Shown: positions 28,878-45,900 of the stretch, piece by piece
Layout of the letters: every line of letters starts with the position of its first letter
Position numbering within the stretch: position 1 is the first letter of the stretch
NCBI RefSeq assembly: GCF_009914755.1
Contig: NC_060932.1
Direction: 5' to 3' (one strand)
Source of the DNA: the human T2T-CHM13v2.0 reference genome, Homo sapiens
Length of the DNA: 64,000 nt
Translations under genes and position numbers: made by a program
Notes under the pieces: generated by a model
The model's database searches: none
The model's input: only the letters and a program-made list of their open reading frames with translations
Told to the model about the DNA's origin: nothing

Positions 28878-30791
28878 CTTCGCCCCAACTTCATGCCTAT
28901 CCCTCTAGCACAGGGCACTTCCATCAAAGACACATAGTAATTATGAGGTTTTAGTGCTATGGTTGATTTTCTTTCATTCCTTATCCTTTGGTAAATGAGG
29001 GAAGGGAGGAAAGGAATGAGAGGAACAGAAGCAGACTTCTTATAGAGCAAAATCTACAGTTTTGTTCTAAAAAGTGCCAATGTAAAGATCACAGCACTGA
29101 TTTTCATAAGCAGAATCATTTCCCTAATAGCTATTACTCATAGCAGGGTTTGTATTTTATATTCTAGTTTTTCCCAAGTGGCAGTCTAACTCCTGCCAAC
29201 ACCCATACCCTTCTGCTTGGGTAACAAATAATATTAACTTGTTTAAAATGTTTTTGCTGTTAGATTGTTAAGAGGCATGCAATCATCCACCAGCATCCTC
29301 TTCTGGATGCTGGCAATAGTGGTTTGAAAACCTTTGCATTTACACTGATTTCTCCATCCCCTTTTTTCCTCTATGTCACTATTCATTCCTAAGCATATTT
29401 ATCTACATTTTGTTAATTGCAATTTAAAATTCCATCTGAAAAGATGTACATTTATACTGTAGCAATTTTGAAGGCGAGCAGTTATTTCATTGGGTTGTCA
29501 TTCTTTCCAGAAATCAAACCCTCCCTGTCCCATATAAATAGATTGCTTGATATACATGCAATATCCTGTCGGTGTCATGCACCCTTTTCTTTAATCTGAC
29601 TGACATGTCACATAATAAAATGCTCACTTCAATGTATGTCTGTTGCATTTTGCTTAATTCTGGGCTTAGTTTAATATTAGTCATGAATATTTCTTCCAAC
29701 TAGGCATGAATTTGAATATATATAAGACACAGTTTACGTTCATACTAAAGCACAAGCTTCAACCTTATTTTTTATTGCTTACCCTGTTTGTGATGAATTA
29801 AGTCATCTCAAGGAAAGAACTGAAAGCAACAGGGACCACAACTGTTATCTTTATCCACAAGTCAGGTAGAGTGTGAGTGGGTGAAATTCAACTGCTGTGC
29901 TTTACTTTCCCTGAGCATCAGAGCTGAGAGTTGGAGAGGTCTGCTCAGTGGGAGAAAAATAACAACAGATGAAACCTTATTACATCTCTGGATTTCTTTG
30001 AGGCTAAAAAGCCACAGTACTTTCTAGTGCCCCCAGTGCCATTATATTTATTTTATGCTCCTTTTATTCACAGCTAGAAATGACATTGTTGTCATTTCTT
30101 ATTATTTTTATGTTAAATATCTTCGAATAAATAAGAAAAGGAAAAGCTCCTTAAAGTGATTTGTATGTGAATGTACATATCAGTGTACATATATACACAC
30201 CCATAACAAACACATATACATGTTTGTGTATATATATGTGCATGGGTGGATTATAGTATTATAGATGCAAGTCCTTCTAATTTGAGTACACTTTCTTCCA
30301 AGTTTAAAATAATTGTAAAACCTTTTGAGAATTTACTTGATGTATTCAAATATAAAAAAATAATAGCAATCTATACACATTGTCTTTGGAAGTTTTTATT
30401 ATGGTTTTTATATGCGGCACATTTTAACAACTAAGATATTGGATTGACACTTTTTATATTTAGATATCCTGTAATGTCTTCTATAATATTTCATGACTGC
30501 AATGCCCTAATCCCATTTTTTGAGTTAAGTATCCACAGTTGATTGGCTGGCATACATTGCTGTAAGAGCTCTACCTAGGAATCTAAATAGACACATGCTC
30601 AGTGAAACCCCATTACAAAATGACCTTTTTTTATTCTATGAGTTTAAAAATCTTATAGGGAAAAACATGTTCCTCATGATTATTGTATATTTCTGCAAAT
30701 AAAAAAAATTAAAAAGTGCTTTCCAACACACTCTAAAAATGCAATGGACTTTTTTTTGCGATTGGTGATATATGTGATATGTGTAGTATTC

Positions 30792-30818
30792 TGTGTGTGT
30801 GTGTGTGTGTGTGTGTGT
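30792..30818. repeat. (TG)n microsatellite
   Basis: Read directly. Confidence 0.95.
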
Positions 30819-33800
30819 ATCTTGCTTTTGAATACTTTTTTCTTAGAGATTTTTCTGCAGTTTTTTTATTTTATATGAACATTTCACATGGTATATTTAT
30901 CTCATGTGAATATATTATATATTTTATTTTGTATTTCATCTTTGAAACAAAATCTGTACCATTTCTACAAAGAAATAGAGCAAACATTGTTTTTATGATG
31001 GGCAGCTTGGACTCCCAATAGATATAGACAATGGATAAAATGAACAACTGGCTAAAAGAGATTAGATGCCAAACTCAGTTAGGCTTTGCCTAATTCTATA
31101 AAAGTATGTCAGTTAGGGACTTACTTGACCTAAGGAAAATATAAATCTTGAAACAATATCCTAGCTGATTACTTATTCAAACTGATTGTGCTGCAGCCAC
31201 TGCTCTACTGGAACAAAATACAGCCATGTAAACTTCGCCCATTCCCTTGGCCAGCCTGCAGAAAGAAACTACCATGACAAGGTGCTTTATTTAATGACAC
31301 CAGCAACATAGAGCAGATTAATGACAAAACAGAAAAATGAAACAAAAATTAATTTCAGTTTAGACCAGATTCTGGATGAGCTTGACATTGTTCTTGTTGA
31401 GTGCTTTCAACATGCTTCAAGAGTTTCAGGGCACAATTGTTCCAAAAATCTTGGGATCATCTAAATCTATTAGCTTAATACCATGGGTTTTCTTAGATAA
31501 CTATTTATGGCACCTGAGTGCTAGGAGGCTTATCAGAACTAAAATGTCAAATATTTTGGAGAAAATGGGAAACATGTATCTACCAATCTGAGTAGCTAAG
31601 CCCTTGTACAAGAAACCATTGGACACGCATGCTGGAATCACTGTTCTGAGGGTAGATGCTATAACACTCAAATTAGATGATCCAAAGGGGATGAGAAAGG
31701 AGTTTAGAAATGGAAACGGTACTTCAAAAAATGAGGCTGGGTCAAGCATTATATGAGCACTAACGTGAGTATGGAGTATAATATAGCAACTAGTTTTTTG
31801 AAAAGCAAGGCACAGTCTAAGGTAAGCCTATTGTTCCCCAAAGGCCACTTGCAGTTACTGTTAACACACTTCCGTCCTTTCTCCAGAGCCTTCAGAAGCT
31901 GTGACAGTGCTTGCAAATGTGATGCTCATGACAAGTCCATCTGCTTCTAAAGCATGTCATGAAAGCTGAACACTATTAACAATACTAATGGAGAGATTAT
32001 CTTTAGCACTGATTTTTTCTCCTTTGAAAATAAAAGTGGGAGGTTTGTTTTAACACCCTGCCCTTTTCATAAAGGTTGCAGGAAGCAATTGAGCCTCTCT
32101 GCAATAGGCTTCCTTTTCAAGTTTTTCACTTAATTAAAAGACTACATTTACTTGGTTAAAAGTGAGCTCTTTACTAGTAAGTTTTAAAGATACAAAATAT
32201 AATGGTAATAAAATTATCAGTAGCCCTTTGTCAGAAGAACACAGTATTTATAAAAAAGAGTGGACAAAGGGAGAATTATATACTTTTAAAGTACCCATTA
32301 AAGAGGCAACATTGTGCCAGAGTTTCCCTATTAGAGCAGTCTCTTCTGCCAGGATATCATAAAGACTATATAGTAGCCAATTAGATAGAATTAATGTTCA
32401 AATTTCTCCAGAAAAATATGTAAGCAAAATTTTTAGGGATCATTGTCAGATAGAAGAAAATAAAGTTGTCAAGACAAAATAAATATGCTGTAGTTTGGTA
32501 TGCCAATATGTTCTGTCTCTAAGCTGATAGATAGTGTTTAATATTAAGATATTACATGTGCACAAAACAAGATATTCAAACTAAGGCCCTTTTAAAAATG
32601 AGTTCCCAAAGTCATCCATACTGATTTCAATTAACTCTCTAAAATGGAAATATTTTTCATATTTTCATAAAATATGACATTACACATAATACATATTTCA
32701 AGAATTTCATAATTCTTTGGCGGAGCCACCTCCCCGAGAACTTACAATAAAGACCATATTTCCCATTGCACAACAAGAGCTATTTTGTGCACTTTCTCCC
32801 TGTTACACTTTTAAAGCTAAAAGTTAAACAAATCATTTTGTAAGACAAAAGTAGGAAGGTCAAATTGTTTTCCTTTATCTGGAATGGTTACTGAACCCTG
32901 GTGTTTGTCTTCTGCACATGTTGACATTCTGCCTGCCTTTCTCTTTTGTCATGGATTTCAGCTATAAAGTGTGTTCGTCTTTAAAACTAAGCCTCCCTGT
33001 GTCATATGTTCAACCCTGCTCTATACAACCCAACACAACTTATCACACTCTGACAGCTAATATTTAAAAGAGAACACACACGTATTTTGAGGTTTGATAA
33101 CTGCTATCAATCTCGATAATGGGTATCCAATCCAAAATTGTGACAGATACCTAGTGGATTGAGCATCTACCGTGAGCAGCTAATGTTGAAGTAAATGAAT
33201 CAGTGAGGCAGCTACTTCACATCTATAATTAAAAATAAAACAAATACATGCCACACAAATAATGGAAGCCAGAGAAATCTGTCATAGCTGCAAAACGCAT
33301 GAAAAGATGAAACTTATAGTTGTCAGTTTCCAATTTACCTTTCTTTGATTTGCTTTAAATAAAAGATGGTGAGATTTTTTTCTAAAGATTTTTTATGGTA
33401 AAAATTTCAAGATTTCCAGTTCAATATGTCATTGCACCTTGTTTTCACAGAATCTGAGAGTACAGAGTACAGTGGGCCCTGAAACAGCATGGCTTCGATG
33501 CTTAGAAAATGCTCTCTTCCAACCGAGTAAATCAAGGTACAGTAACCTCCAAAAGCCAAATTGCAGCACAGGGCATAATGGGTAATGCTATGTAAATTGC
33601 CATGTATGCAACTGGGATGTTATTACAGCAAAACCAAATGGTGATAGCTAATGACCTCAACGTCTGATTTCCTAGGTGCATTTTAGTTTTTCTTTGTTTG
33701 AAAATATTCTATCTGAGATCACAGCTACACTACACTGATGAGCCTGAATAAAAAGTGCAAATTTCTCTATAGTCACTATTGTACCTTAAACAAAGCAAAT

Positions 33801-36800
33801 TTGAAGACAGTAGCTGAGTAGCCCCCAAATTGCTCTAATGGAGGCCACATACATTTATCAGGAAAATATTAAATTCTGATTTTCAATTTAGGGGTAAATT
33901 TCTTCCCTTAGGAAAATGTGATGCATAACATTTGGTTTTGGCCTTTAAATTATTCAGACACATAAAAGAGGAAAGGGGGAGGCATAAATATGTTTGTCCT
34001 GGCCTTACAGTGTCCATCCCACATTTAGTAGTAAATTATTTGGGGATGGAATGGACTGTATTCTGTGTTTTTAATAGCCATTTTTTCTAGGAAGTTCAGT
34101 TATTGAATATTGTAGCATCATTTTTGTACCTGAAATGAGTTTCACTCCATAGCTGGTATGTTTCAGTTGAGGTGAAATAAAACAAAAATGTTTCACTATG
34201 AAGTCTTTCCTATAGCTCTAGTTAAGATTTTTAAAATAAATCATAACAAGAGCTCCAAGAAAATATTTATTGCTCTTTCCAAGCATTAGGAGAAATGCTT
34301 CTCCAGACCTGTCATTCAGAGCGAATCAAGATACCACTGTTCAGACATTGCTAGAAGAATCGCTAAAGGATTGTTAGGAATAACACACCTGGAAAAAAAG
34401 ATTCAATTGTTTCTTAATTCATTAACAATTTAAAGTTGACTGATACAAGTAAGCAAGGAGAAATTTTTATTTTGCTGAATCCAAAGGCTCTTCAAAATAG
34501 CGTTAAACTATTTTTTGCTATAATTATATGGTTTCTTCAATTATCACATTACTTATGTCACACTGGACTTCCTCTCTAAAAAATGACCATGTAATTTGTG
34601 TGACTTAACAAAAAACCCATGTTTCTGACACATAACTACTTCTTTAAAAATTGTATGTCATAGGGAAACTATATATCCACCTCATTTAAGTATTCTTGTT
34701 TTTGTTTTATAGCAAGGTAATCAAATTGCTTATGAGGTCAACAAAAATGCCACTTAATGTTTTCTTCTTCTTAAATTGTCATTACAGAATAAGTGATACT
34801 TTCTATTTTAATAATTATAATCCATAGGTAACATTTTATGGATGGAAGGAATATTCTTTTTCTATACTGACGTCTATGCCTATGCATCATGTATACTCAC
34901 TTGGATTTATTTTATATCCCATTATTGGTTTAGTTCAAGACCAAATAAATTAAACAATGAATAGTCTACAGATATTTCCCATGGGGCAAAGGCACTTGAT
35001 TTTATTTTTCCCTCTTCCTACATAATATTGCAATAAGCGTCTTTTGAAACTCATGGCAAGCTGTCTGTGTTGCTGCACTTCCTTTCATTCCAAAATACAG
35101 CATATGCATAAGTAGTGTTGGACATGAAGACTTTTTCATTAAACTTGTTTGCACATTAAAATTACTTGGGTAAAATTTTAAACACATTTGGTTAACATAA
35201 CCCATGTGTATTCCTACAGCACAGATAATCCCCCTGCACACATTCTTGGAGAGACTGTAACAAAGGAGCAGCAATACAAGTCAGAGAACAATTCTGCTTG
35301 ATTTTCCTGTGCAGTCATTTTATCAGGGACAAGGAATATTCCACAGTGGTGCCCAGATGAAGGCTGCATGCATTCCCCAGCATTGCATTGTAGAAGAAAA
35401 TGAAAAACCTAATAGCCTTTTGATGTATTCCAGTTAGGTTTTCCATTAAGAGAAAAAGGTGATATGTTCACACCATTTGTCAGGAAAAGAAGAAATGAAG
35501 AAAATGTTGACAATTTCATTACACTCTGGTTATGGGGTGATCTGAACTTACCTATTACAAGATAAAAAAAACAATTCCAGATATTATTAGTTGAAAACAT
35601 TATTGTTTATAGTTACTTCAACGTGTGCTACAACTCTGGAGTTGATATAACTGTATAAGCTCAGATTTAAAAGGAGATATTTTATATCATTTACAACCTC
35701 ACTCAAAAAATTTGTATGCTTTTGAATGCCATAGTATCACACAAAGTCGCACATTGCTGGACATTTCTCTGATAAATTCAGTCTTGAAAAGAGGATGTAC
35801 AGATACCATAAAAATGCTTTTAAGTATATCATTTTGTTCGTGACCTATGTATTTATTCAGAAGATCTTTTTCCCATTTGTCACATTTTTTTTCTTTATTA
35901 TTGACTATAGGACTCTCGGATTTTCTGCTGAGAATATTTCCCTAGGGAGAGCAGTTGCTGTCCATTTAAAATCAAAGTTAAAAACCTGAACATTTTTTTT
36001 AGGGTGTCAGAGAGACAAGTGGTAGATTCAATCTGTTCAGGTAAAAGTCAAGATTATACACAGCTTTCCTTATGCTTACCTTACTAATTATCGTTAACTA
36101 TAATATTAGGGTCTTTTATATTAAAACATATTTGCTGTATGTATGCTAAAGTATATTTACTAAAATGCTATTTGAGTCTGTGGTTTTGGAAAGAAAATTT
36201 GTTGAAAAAAATGCATCATTTATGTACGTTAAAATATACAGAGCATGTAAAACTGCATAGGCATAAAAGACTTTTATCTGATTTTTAGTAAAATGACTAG
36301 TTTATTGAAAAAAAATCATTAAATGGTGAGTTGATTAAGTGCTTGTTACCTGAGGATAGCCATATATGTTAATGACTTCTCACAAAAAGTATCATAACAA
36401 GTATTACTGCATAAATATATGAGACCTGGAGCACCAACCAATAAAGAGAGCACAGATTAGTCTACTTGTATGACAATTAGGGAAAAGCTGATAGGTTAGT
36501 GGAAAACAGAGGGTATGAAAAGAGGCAGCAGAGATGAGGAGTGTCAGGAGAACTAAGCTGACCATGAAATAACTTCCTAATCAGTATGGAACATCATGTT
36601 CACTTACACTAATGCTACCTTCTTTCAGCTTCATAATATTTCTGCAACATATAATGTTAGCATACATACATTTTATTTGTTACTCATTTTCTAAGGCAGT
36701 TATCAGAGATTCACAGATTCTAATCAAGAAGGAACTAAAAAATGCATCAAGTTCTTGCACAGCATTCAGAAGGGCTTTCTTATCCCTATACAGGAACCAA

Positions 36801-37119
36801 AGTACTGTGTCTGAGGAGGCTCCTTTGAAATCAACCATGAGTGTCGTTTCCATCCAATTGCTTAATTAATGCTAAAATATTTACCTTCTTACAAAGTAAA
36901 AATATCATTATTTCAAGTAAATCTCAATTAATATATCTCAAGTAGTGTTACAGAATGCTGGTTTAAAAATATATGCAAACTAAACATAAAATAAGGAATT
37001 TATTTTTTCCAAACTGTAATAATAATATGCACAATGTATATTTTTTAATTTACAAAATGCTTCTTCTAGAAATGATATTTTTTTAATTTAAATACACATT
37101 TTTGTAGATTTTGGAGCCA

Positions 37120-37511
37120 GATACCGTTGTTTGATCTTCTTCTGTCCAGGTACATGATAAACTTTGTTCATTCCTGCCCATTTAAAGTTAAGTGCAGCCA
37201 TATGCCTTACTTTGTTCTATGAAATGTAATACTAAAATGATATGAATCTCTTTCAGATAGGTATTTTATGAGTTAGCGTGTGCCTTCCCATGTTTTTCCC
37301 TTTTTTTGCCTTGGTGAACAGTAATATCTCTGATAGTGACCTCTCTATCATCTTGGGTCCCAAAAGAAAGTTGGCAATGACTTGAAGCAGAGTTTGCTAC
37401 TGGCCTGTAATGGACATGTGACATGAGTAGGAAATAATCTTTTATTGTCTTAAGCCATTGAGATTTGGGGGTGTTTCATTACTATAGCTTAATGATATGC
37501 TGACTGATATA
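37120..37511 (+). mobile_element. Old MLT1 (I/J-like) LTR
   Basis: 3' end tgacatgagtaggaaataatc...taagccattgagatttgggggtgttt...ctgactgatata. Confidence 0.7.
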
Positions 37512-37744
37512 TTTCTGATGTTATCAGTATAATTATCATTTGTGTTTTCAAATCAGAGAAACTAAAGATCTAGAAAAAACAGAAAGATTTTACAATATCT
37601 AGCCACCAAAACCTAGTGAAATAATCAAAATGTAGATTTTCTGACTTCAGATACTATGGTTTTGAAGTACAACAATAACTAAAACACCCATGTACATATA
37701 TTGTGATCCATGAGCCAAGAACCCATTTCAGCACCCTTCTATTT

Positions 37745-37900
37745 ATAATATCATGTTATCTTCATAATAGTCATGGGAGGTGCCTGATACTGTACTTGTT
37801 TTCCAGATGAGAACATTGAGACTTCATGAGGTTAAATCACTTGTTCACCATAATAAAAATGATAAAGGTTGACATAAAAATGACTTTCAAGTCAATCTGA
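37745..37900 (-). mobile_element. MIR fragment
   Basis: ttccagatgagaacattgagacttcatgaggttaaatcacttgttc, the MIR core. Confidence 0.6.
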
Positions 37901-38672
37901 CAATGGATTTCTAATCGTAGCCAGTCATTTTATTTCATCCCGTGATACAATCTAGTTTCCAATTTGTAAAAAATTAAACAAGTTTAGAAGATTCACTTTT
38001 TCTAATGAGCAATTATATTGAATCACCTATAGCAAAACTTATTTAAATATTTAAAAAATGTACTCACTTAGTGTCTGTAACCTTCTTTTTTCCCCTTCTT
38101 TCTGGGAAGGTGAGTTACCATGGGAAATCAACTGAAGCAATTGAGAGGAAAGAAGAGGAAAGTAGGCAAATAAAAGAAGAATGGTATAAGGAAGATCAAA
38201 AGCCAAATATTTATTACATATCAGCATCTGTGATATTGTGTGACAGGGTCTGTCAGACTATATTACCTGACTTAAGGATTTTAATATGCCCTTTCCCCAC
38301 AAAGTCTTCAGGTAGACTAACTAAAATATTGCACAGTCAGGATAAAATCCCAGCATTGTGACAATTTCTCTAATGTCCTATTCTGGCTTCTTAGCTGGAT
38401 ATTAAGAGATCTTTGTTTGTTTCTTTAAGTTAGCCCATGGACGTCTCAATTGTTAATTTGAACATCTATTTAATTTACAACACTTTTAGTAGAGTTTGTT
38501 ATGGTCTAAATATGCACATGATCATAGAGCCTTGGAAATTGTTTTTAATGCTAATGCTATTGCAAAAAGCTTGCTTTCAGACCATTGTATTTCTTAAAAC
38601 AAAGCAATAAGAAAAGCTAATGAAAGCCCTTTCTCATAATTTGCCTTTTTTCAAAAATAATTTATCATTCTG

Positions 38673-38696
38673 CACACACACACACACACACACACA
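38673..38696. repeat. (CA)n microsatellite
   Basis: Read directly. Confidence 0.95.
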
Positions 38697-39169
38697 ACTG
38701 GCACATCCTAGAAAGCCTCTCAATGCTTCCTGCAAAGAAGAAATAAACAGCTAGTTCAAATAAATGAACTTCACTTTTGATCATAACCTATGAGATCCCA
38801 ATGTGGTCAGTGACACAATTATATGCCATTGCAAGTGGCTAGCTTTCAGAGTTTTCTAATTTTTGACCTTTATTTCTTGTTAACCATCCATGGAAAAAGG
38901 GAAAATGAGTTAGAGACATTGAGGCAAAAGGATGAGGATGAGCCATTCAACCCTGATTGCTGCCCTAAGAAGTAAGCATCAGCACATCCACCTAGTAAGG
39001 GTTATGGCTACTGAGAGCAGATGGCAGTACTAGATTGGACACAGAGATAGTCAAGACAACACTGCCACTTCCTTTTTCTCCACAATAACCTCTCTGGTAT
39101 CGATGTTTTAGGGACAAGGGCATTTCATATAAATATGCCAATCATCTGTAATAGTCATGAATAATGAAA

Positions 39170-39310
39170 ACTAGAATTCGTGGAGTACTCTACAGTGTTA
39201 GAACATTTTTTTTCTTAGACATTATCTCTTTTCATCTTCTGAAAAAAAAAAATCATTATTTCAAAGATGAAGGTATTGAGTGTCAAAACACTTAAGTGAC
39301 TCCAAGTGCA
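39170..39310 (-). mobile_element. MIR fragment
   Basis: tttcaaagatgaaggtattgag...ttaagtgactccaag. Confidence 0.45.
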
Positions 39311-40164
39311 AATCCCAATTTTTTTCACCCCACTACCTGAATATTTGACCGTACTTCATCACCTGCCATCATGGGTAGTGACTTCTTGGAAAACATATGA
39401 GCTGTTGCCACTATAAAGGGGATATAGTGTAGTCTATGGAAAGTGGTCTTAAACAAAATGGTTCTTATTCAGACATAATATTCCAAATGCTCCAGTATAA
39501 AAAATTTTGTAGAGAACGATGGGAAAAGTGTCTTTAAAATAATTGTAGGAAAGAGAGAATAATTTAGCCTATTTCTTTCTATGGAAAACCCTGTTCATCC
39601 CCACATTGGGTGAGCACCAGAATCTACAATGCCAAAGTCTTTTGAGACTCAACTAATTAAAGTATTTTTCTTCAGGAATACCCAAAGGAGTTAACTTCAG
39701 ATTTTTTAAAAAGCAACAAAGATTTATTGAAAGTGCTTTATCTAAAGAACATCATATAAAACTGTCTTAGTTAACTTAAACATGAAGAAGTTTTAACCAG
39801 CACTAAATGATTTACAATCTTAACTTCCAGTTCCTTCTCATTTAGTAACTAGTAAAATCTATGGCTGGGAAGGGATATGGGAAATATCTGTGTATCATCC
39901 AGTTTAAATTCTTTTTCTAATGTTCTCTGGATTATTACAAGTAAAAACATGTTAATAGAAAAAGAGGAGAAGCAGTGGTCACAGCAAAAGTTTCCAGTGG
40001 AAGAATGTAATATAGCTGATACATAATACCAAGGAAATATTATAAGAAGCCTCAAAAGTCTAACTTTTTGCCCTCTATCACATTAGTGGAGCTTCAAGGT
40101 TAAGTTACACACATAAGGCATTATTTCAGAAGAGTCTACACAGTACAAGAAAACTGGGAAATAC

Positions 40165-40260
40165 TATATATATGTGTATATATAGTGCGTATATATGTAT
40201 ATGTGTGTGTGTTTGTATATGTGTGTGTGTTTGTATATATGTGTATGCATATGTATATAT
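40165..40260. repeat. Compound (TA)n/(TG)n repeat
   Basis: Read directly. Confidence 0.85.
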
Positions 40261-41639
40261 AATTTTGAATACAAGCATATATATAATAATGAGTACTTAT
40301 ATTTCTTGAAGTGTTAATTAATATGCATAATATGTTTCTGTGATTTTCGTGCTGATTTTTCTAGTGTCCCATTAGTTAATGGCTTCTTTCTTTTTCAAAA
40401 ATGTTATATCAGACAATATAATATACAGACACTGCTCATATGAGTTAAGAAAAAAAAATTAACACTGAGAACATGAAGAGTTATCAGCTTCCATGTAAGG
40501 GCATTTGTAGCAGAAATCATTAGTATCATCAGTTAATCAAAGCAGGATAAAAACAAGCTCTACATAACAGTTTAGATTTAACATGGAATAAAGTAGACCA
40601 CAAAGGCTTGAGTTCCTTGAGTGTCTCAATGTAACAGATAACTGTTGTCCCAGGGAAAAGCTTTAAGTTGTCCTATTCCATGCAGAAATTTTTAAGGGTA
40701 GAAGATGAATATAGTATCCTAGCTTTTTGTGGAGGAATAAAATGTTTGACTAAATCAGTAGATGTTGGCCAGGTAATGGCCAGAACATCTCAGGGAACCC
40801 TGTGGGTCAGTGGCTTAAATCAACAATTCATTCATTTTACAGTATGTTTCCCTGACAGAACAGTAAACAGACCTTTCAGAAACACATATATATTTGGAAA
40901 TATAAATAATAAATCACTTCTGACAGGCAAATTGAACTTCACAAGTACTTGGGCAGTAACAATCCAGGTATCTAGATTTGTAAGAGTTGTCTATCTGCAG
41001 TACATGCCCCAATGTGTCTTGAAGTCAATTCAATGTAATCTATTCACCAAGGAGTTAGTTTATCATTCTCATGAGGGCAGATCACCAAGTATGTGCCGAG
41101 GAAACCAAAAGGTTGGACTGAGGAGTGGATCACCTAAAAGAAGGTCAAAAGGATAAAAGGAAAATGCAATTTAAATGTAGGCCACCAGTTTATGGTCTTA
41201 ACAATGTCCATCCATTTAAAGTAGGGCCACAGTTTCCACCCAAAAATATTTGTTTATTAATGTCCGTGAGTTCTGCAAATCTCTTTTCTGTCATCATGTG
41301 TTGGTTGCTCTGCTCTTCCACTCCTGCTCTGTCTCCTACTTGTCTTCATGATCCCTGAGCAAGGCCACTTGGGGAGCCCCAGGTGCTTCCATCATCCATC
41401 TCGGGATCATCAACGTTGAAAGCCTAGTCATACTATGATTTCAACAGAGCCTCTAATGTGTGGACAAAGAAGACAGCATTGAGGTATGGAAAAACAATGT
41501 TTTTGACTTTTGAATCCTCTTGACTAGTTTCATCAGCTTCTGCCTCTAACTTCCCATCTCTATGGTGTGCTTATTACCACTCCAAGACACCTAGTGTACA
41601 TCAGAAGCCTTTCCATTTTAGTCTATACTTCTCATTTCC

Positions 41640-43647
<2,008 letters not shown>

Positions 43648-43997
43648 TAACATGAAAGAACATAATTTATTTTCAATTAGCTGACAGACAAGTGCCCCAT
43701 GCATATATAAATATACAGAAACAAATTCTGCACTTGTTTGAATGGAGAAGAAGTTGGTATAGCCTGTACTAATTAATGGATTAGTTTTGATTATGATTTA
43801 AGGTTATAAACATGTATTTTGATTTAAGAACATAAACATGTATTTTGTAAAATGTTATGTGATTTATAAAAGTGAATTTTCTGGATATGTGAGACCCACC
43901 ATTCAGCATCCACCATTCAGCTTTCCTATAAGAAAATCCAAAGTCTTTACTTTCTGCTTACATTGACAATATTTTTTGAAATTATTCATTTTTCTGA

Positions 43998-44292
<295 letters not shown>

Positions 44293-44385
44293 TGTTCTGA
44301 CTTCTCATACAGAATAAAATAAATGCAATTTTTGGCTGCTTCTGAAATATATTATTTCATTTTTATTACTATAATAGAGTAATAT

Positions 44386-45062
44386 TGTTAGAGTAGGTAG
44401 TCAAGAAGACACGAGTAGGGGAGGAGAGGGCCACCCTCTCCCACCAGGAATGTCAGGTGACTCTCAGGTGATGGTCAGGCAGTTGATATACCGTGTCTCT
44501 AAAATAATAATTGGTCACAGCCAGCACCAGGGTAAGGCAGCCTCCCCATAGAAAACATCTGAAACCTGTGGTTACCAGCTTCCAGATCAGATCTCAGGAG
44601 TCTGGCGAAGTGGGCTCAAGCATGTACACTCTGGGGCAAAATGGCAAAGTTTAACTGGCATACTCGACTGGTAAGGGAAGAACAGCTTGAGTGAGCATGT
44701 GCATAGTTCCAGTGAACACATTGCGCATGCGACCTCTCCCAAGCACTGGCAGGCCATGACACATGTGGACAGCCCATCCCTAGGGAAAAATCAGGGGAGA
44801 GGAGACTGGACATATGCCAACTTATACAACACCAAGTCGAAGGTGAAACCACAGACTTGACTCTCTCAACTTGCCTGCTTGGCCCTCTTCCAAGTATGCT
44901 TTACTTACTTTCATTCCTGCCCTAAAATGTTTCAAGAAACTTTCACCCCTACTCTAAAATTTGCCTCAGTTTCTCACTCTGCCTTATGCCCCCTTGGTAG
45001 AATTATTTCTTCTGAGGAGGCAAGAATTGAGGTTGCTGCAGACCTGTATGGATTGGCTGCCC
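44386..45062 (+). mobile_element. MER50-like ERV1 solo LTR
   Basis: Starts tgttagagtaggtag...ccaggaatgtcagg...tcaggtgatggtcagg; ends ggcaagaattgaggttgctgcagacc. Confidence 0.85.
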
Positions 45063-45183
45063 AAGGGACTCTCCACATTGGTAGTTTTTATCAGGTTGTA
45101 TTGAATGTTCTGGCCCTGAGCTACACCTGCCTACATAAGAAGGCACAAACTGTTGCCCTTTCTGTGGCTGTATGGGCTGTATG

Positions 45184-45246
<63 letters not shown>

Positions 45247-45536
45247 TAAATATATATATATTTAATTTATATATATAAATATATATTTAAAATTATATAT
45301 TATATATTTAAAATATATAATATATAATATAAAATATATATTATATATTATATATATTTTATATATATTTTAAATATATATTTATATATATATTTATATA
45401 TATATTTATATATATATATTTATATATATATTTATATATATATTTATATATATATATTTATATATATATTTATATATATATTTATATATATATATTTATA
45501 TATATATTTAAAATATATAAATATATATTTAAAAAT
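45184..45536. repeat. (CT)n followed by a 310-nt pure A/T tract with TTT(AT)n units
   Basis: No G or C from 45227 to 45536. Confidence 0.97.
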
Positions 45537-45547
45537 GAGATATTTGG

Positions 45548-45900
45548 GGAGCACTTCTGAAATGTCAGAATAAGAACCTCCAAAAAAATCTACCCTTCCA
45601 TCCATCAAACAAGCAAGAACACTGGCACAAATTTTCAACATTAACTTTTTAATACTTTGGAAATAAACCAAAGGCTGGCAAGAGTTTAAAGAATGTTTAT
45701 GCGATAAAATATAAATTTCTGTAGGAAGAGTGAACATTGTGTTTTTAACTTGTCTTATACCACCCTTTTTCTCCCCAACTCCGTAGGATCCTTGAGAACT
45801 AGAAGCCCTGAGCCACTGTTGATGTGAAGACCAGCAGCCTGGCAGCACACACACAGGAAGAAGGGATTAGGAACCTCCCACAAAACTCCATTCTCAGAAT
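45548..45900 (+). mobile_element. Ancient L1M 5'-end fragment
   Basis: cagaataagaacctcc...aactttttaatactttggaaataaaccaaaggct resembles the L1M 5' region. Confidence 0.45.

Noticed and set aside
29290-29313. Hairpin ccagcatcc-tcttct-ggatgctgg
   Set aside because: A 9-bp stem is expected by chance a few times in 64 kb and is too short for a pre-miRNA.
40668-41156. 162-aa ORF in apparently unique sequence
   Set aside because: Non-ATG start (TTG), no recognisable motif, no clear exon boundaries; compatible with a chance ORF.
43794-43921. Short tandem duplications (ataaacatgtattttg x2; ccaccattcagc x2)
   Set aside because: Ordinary two-copy slippage duplications, not an array.
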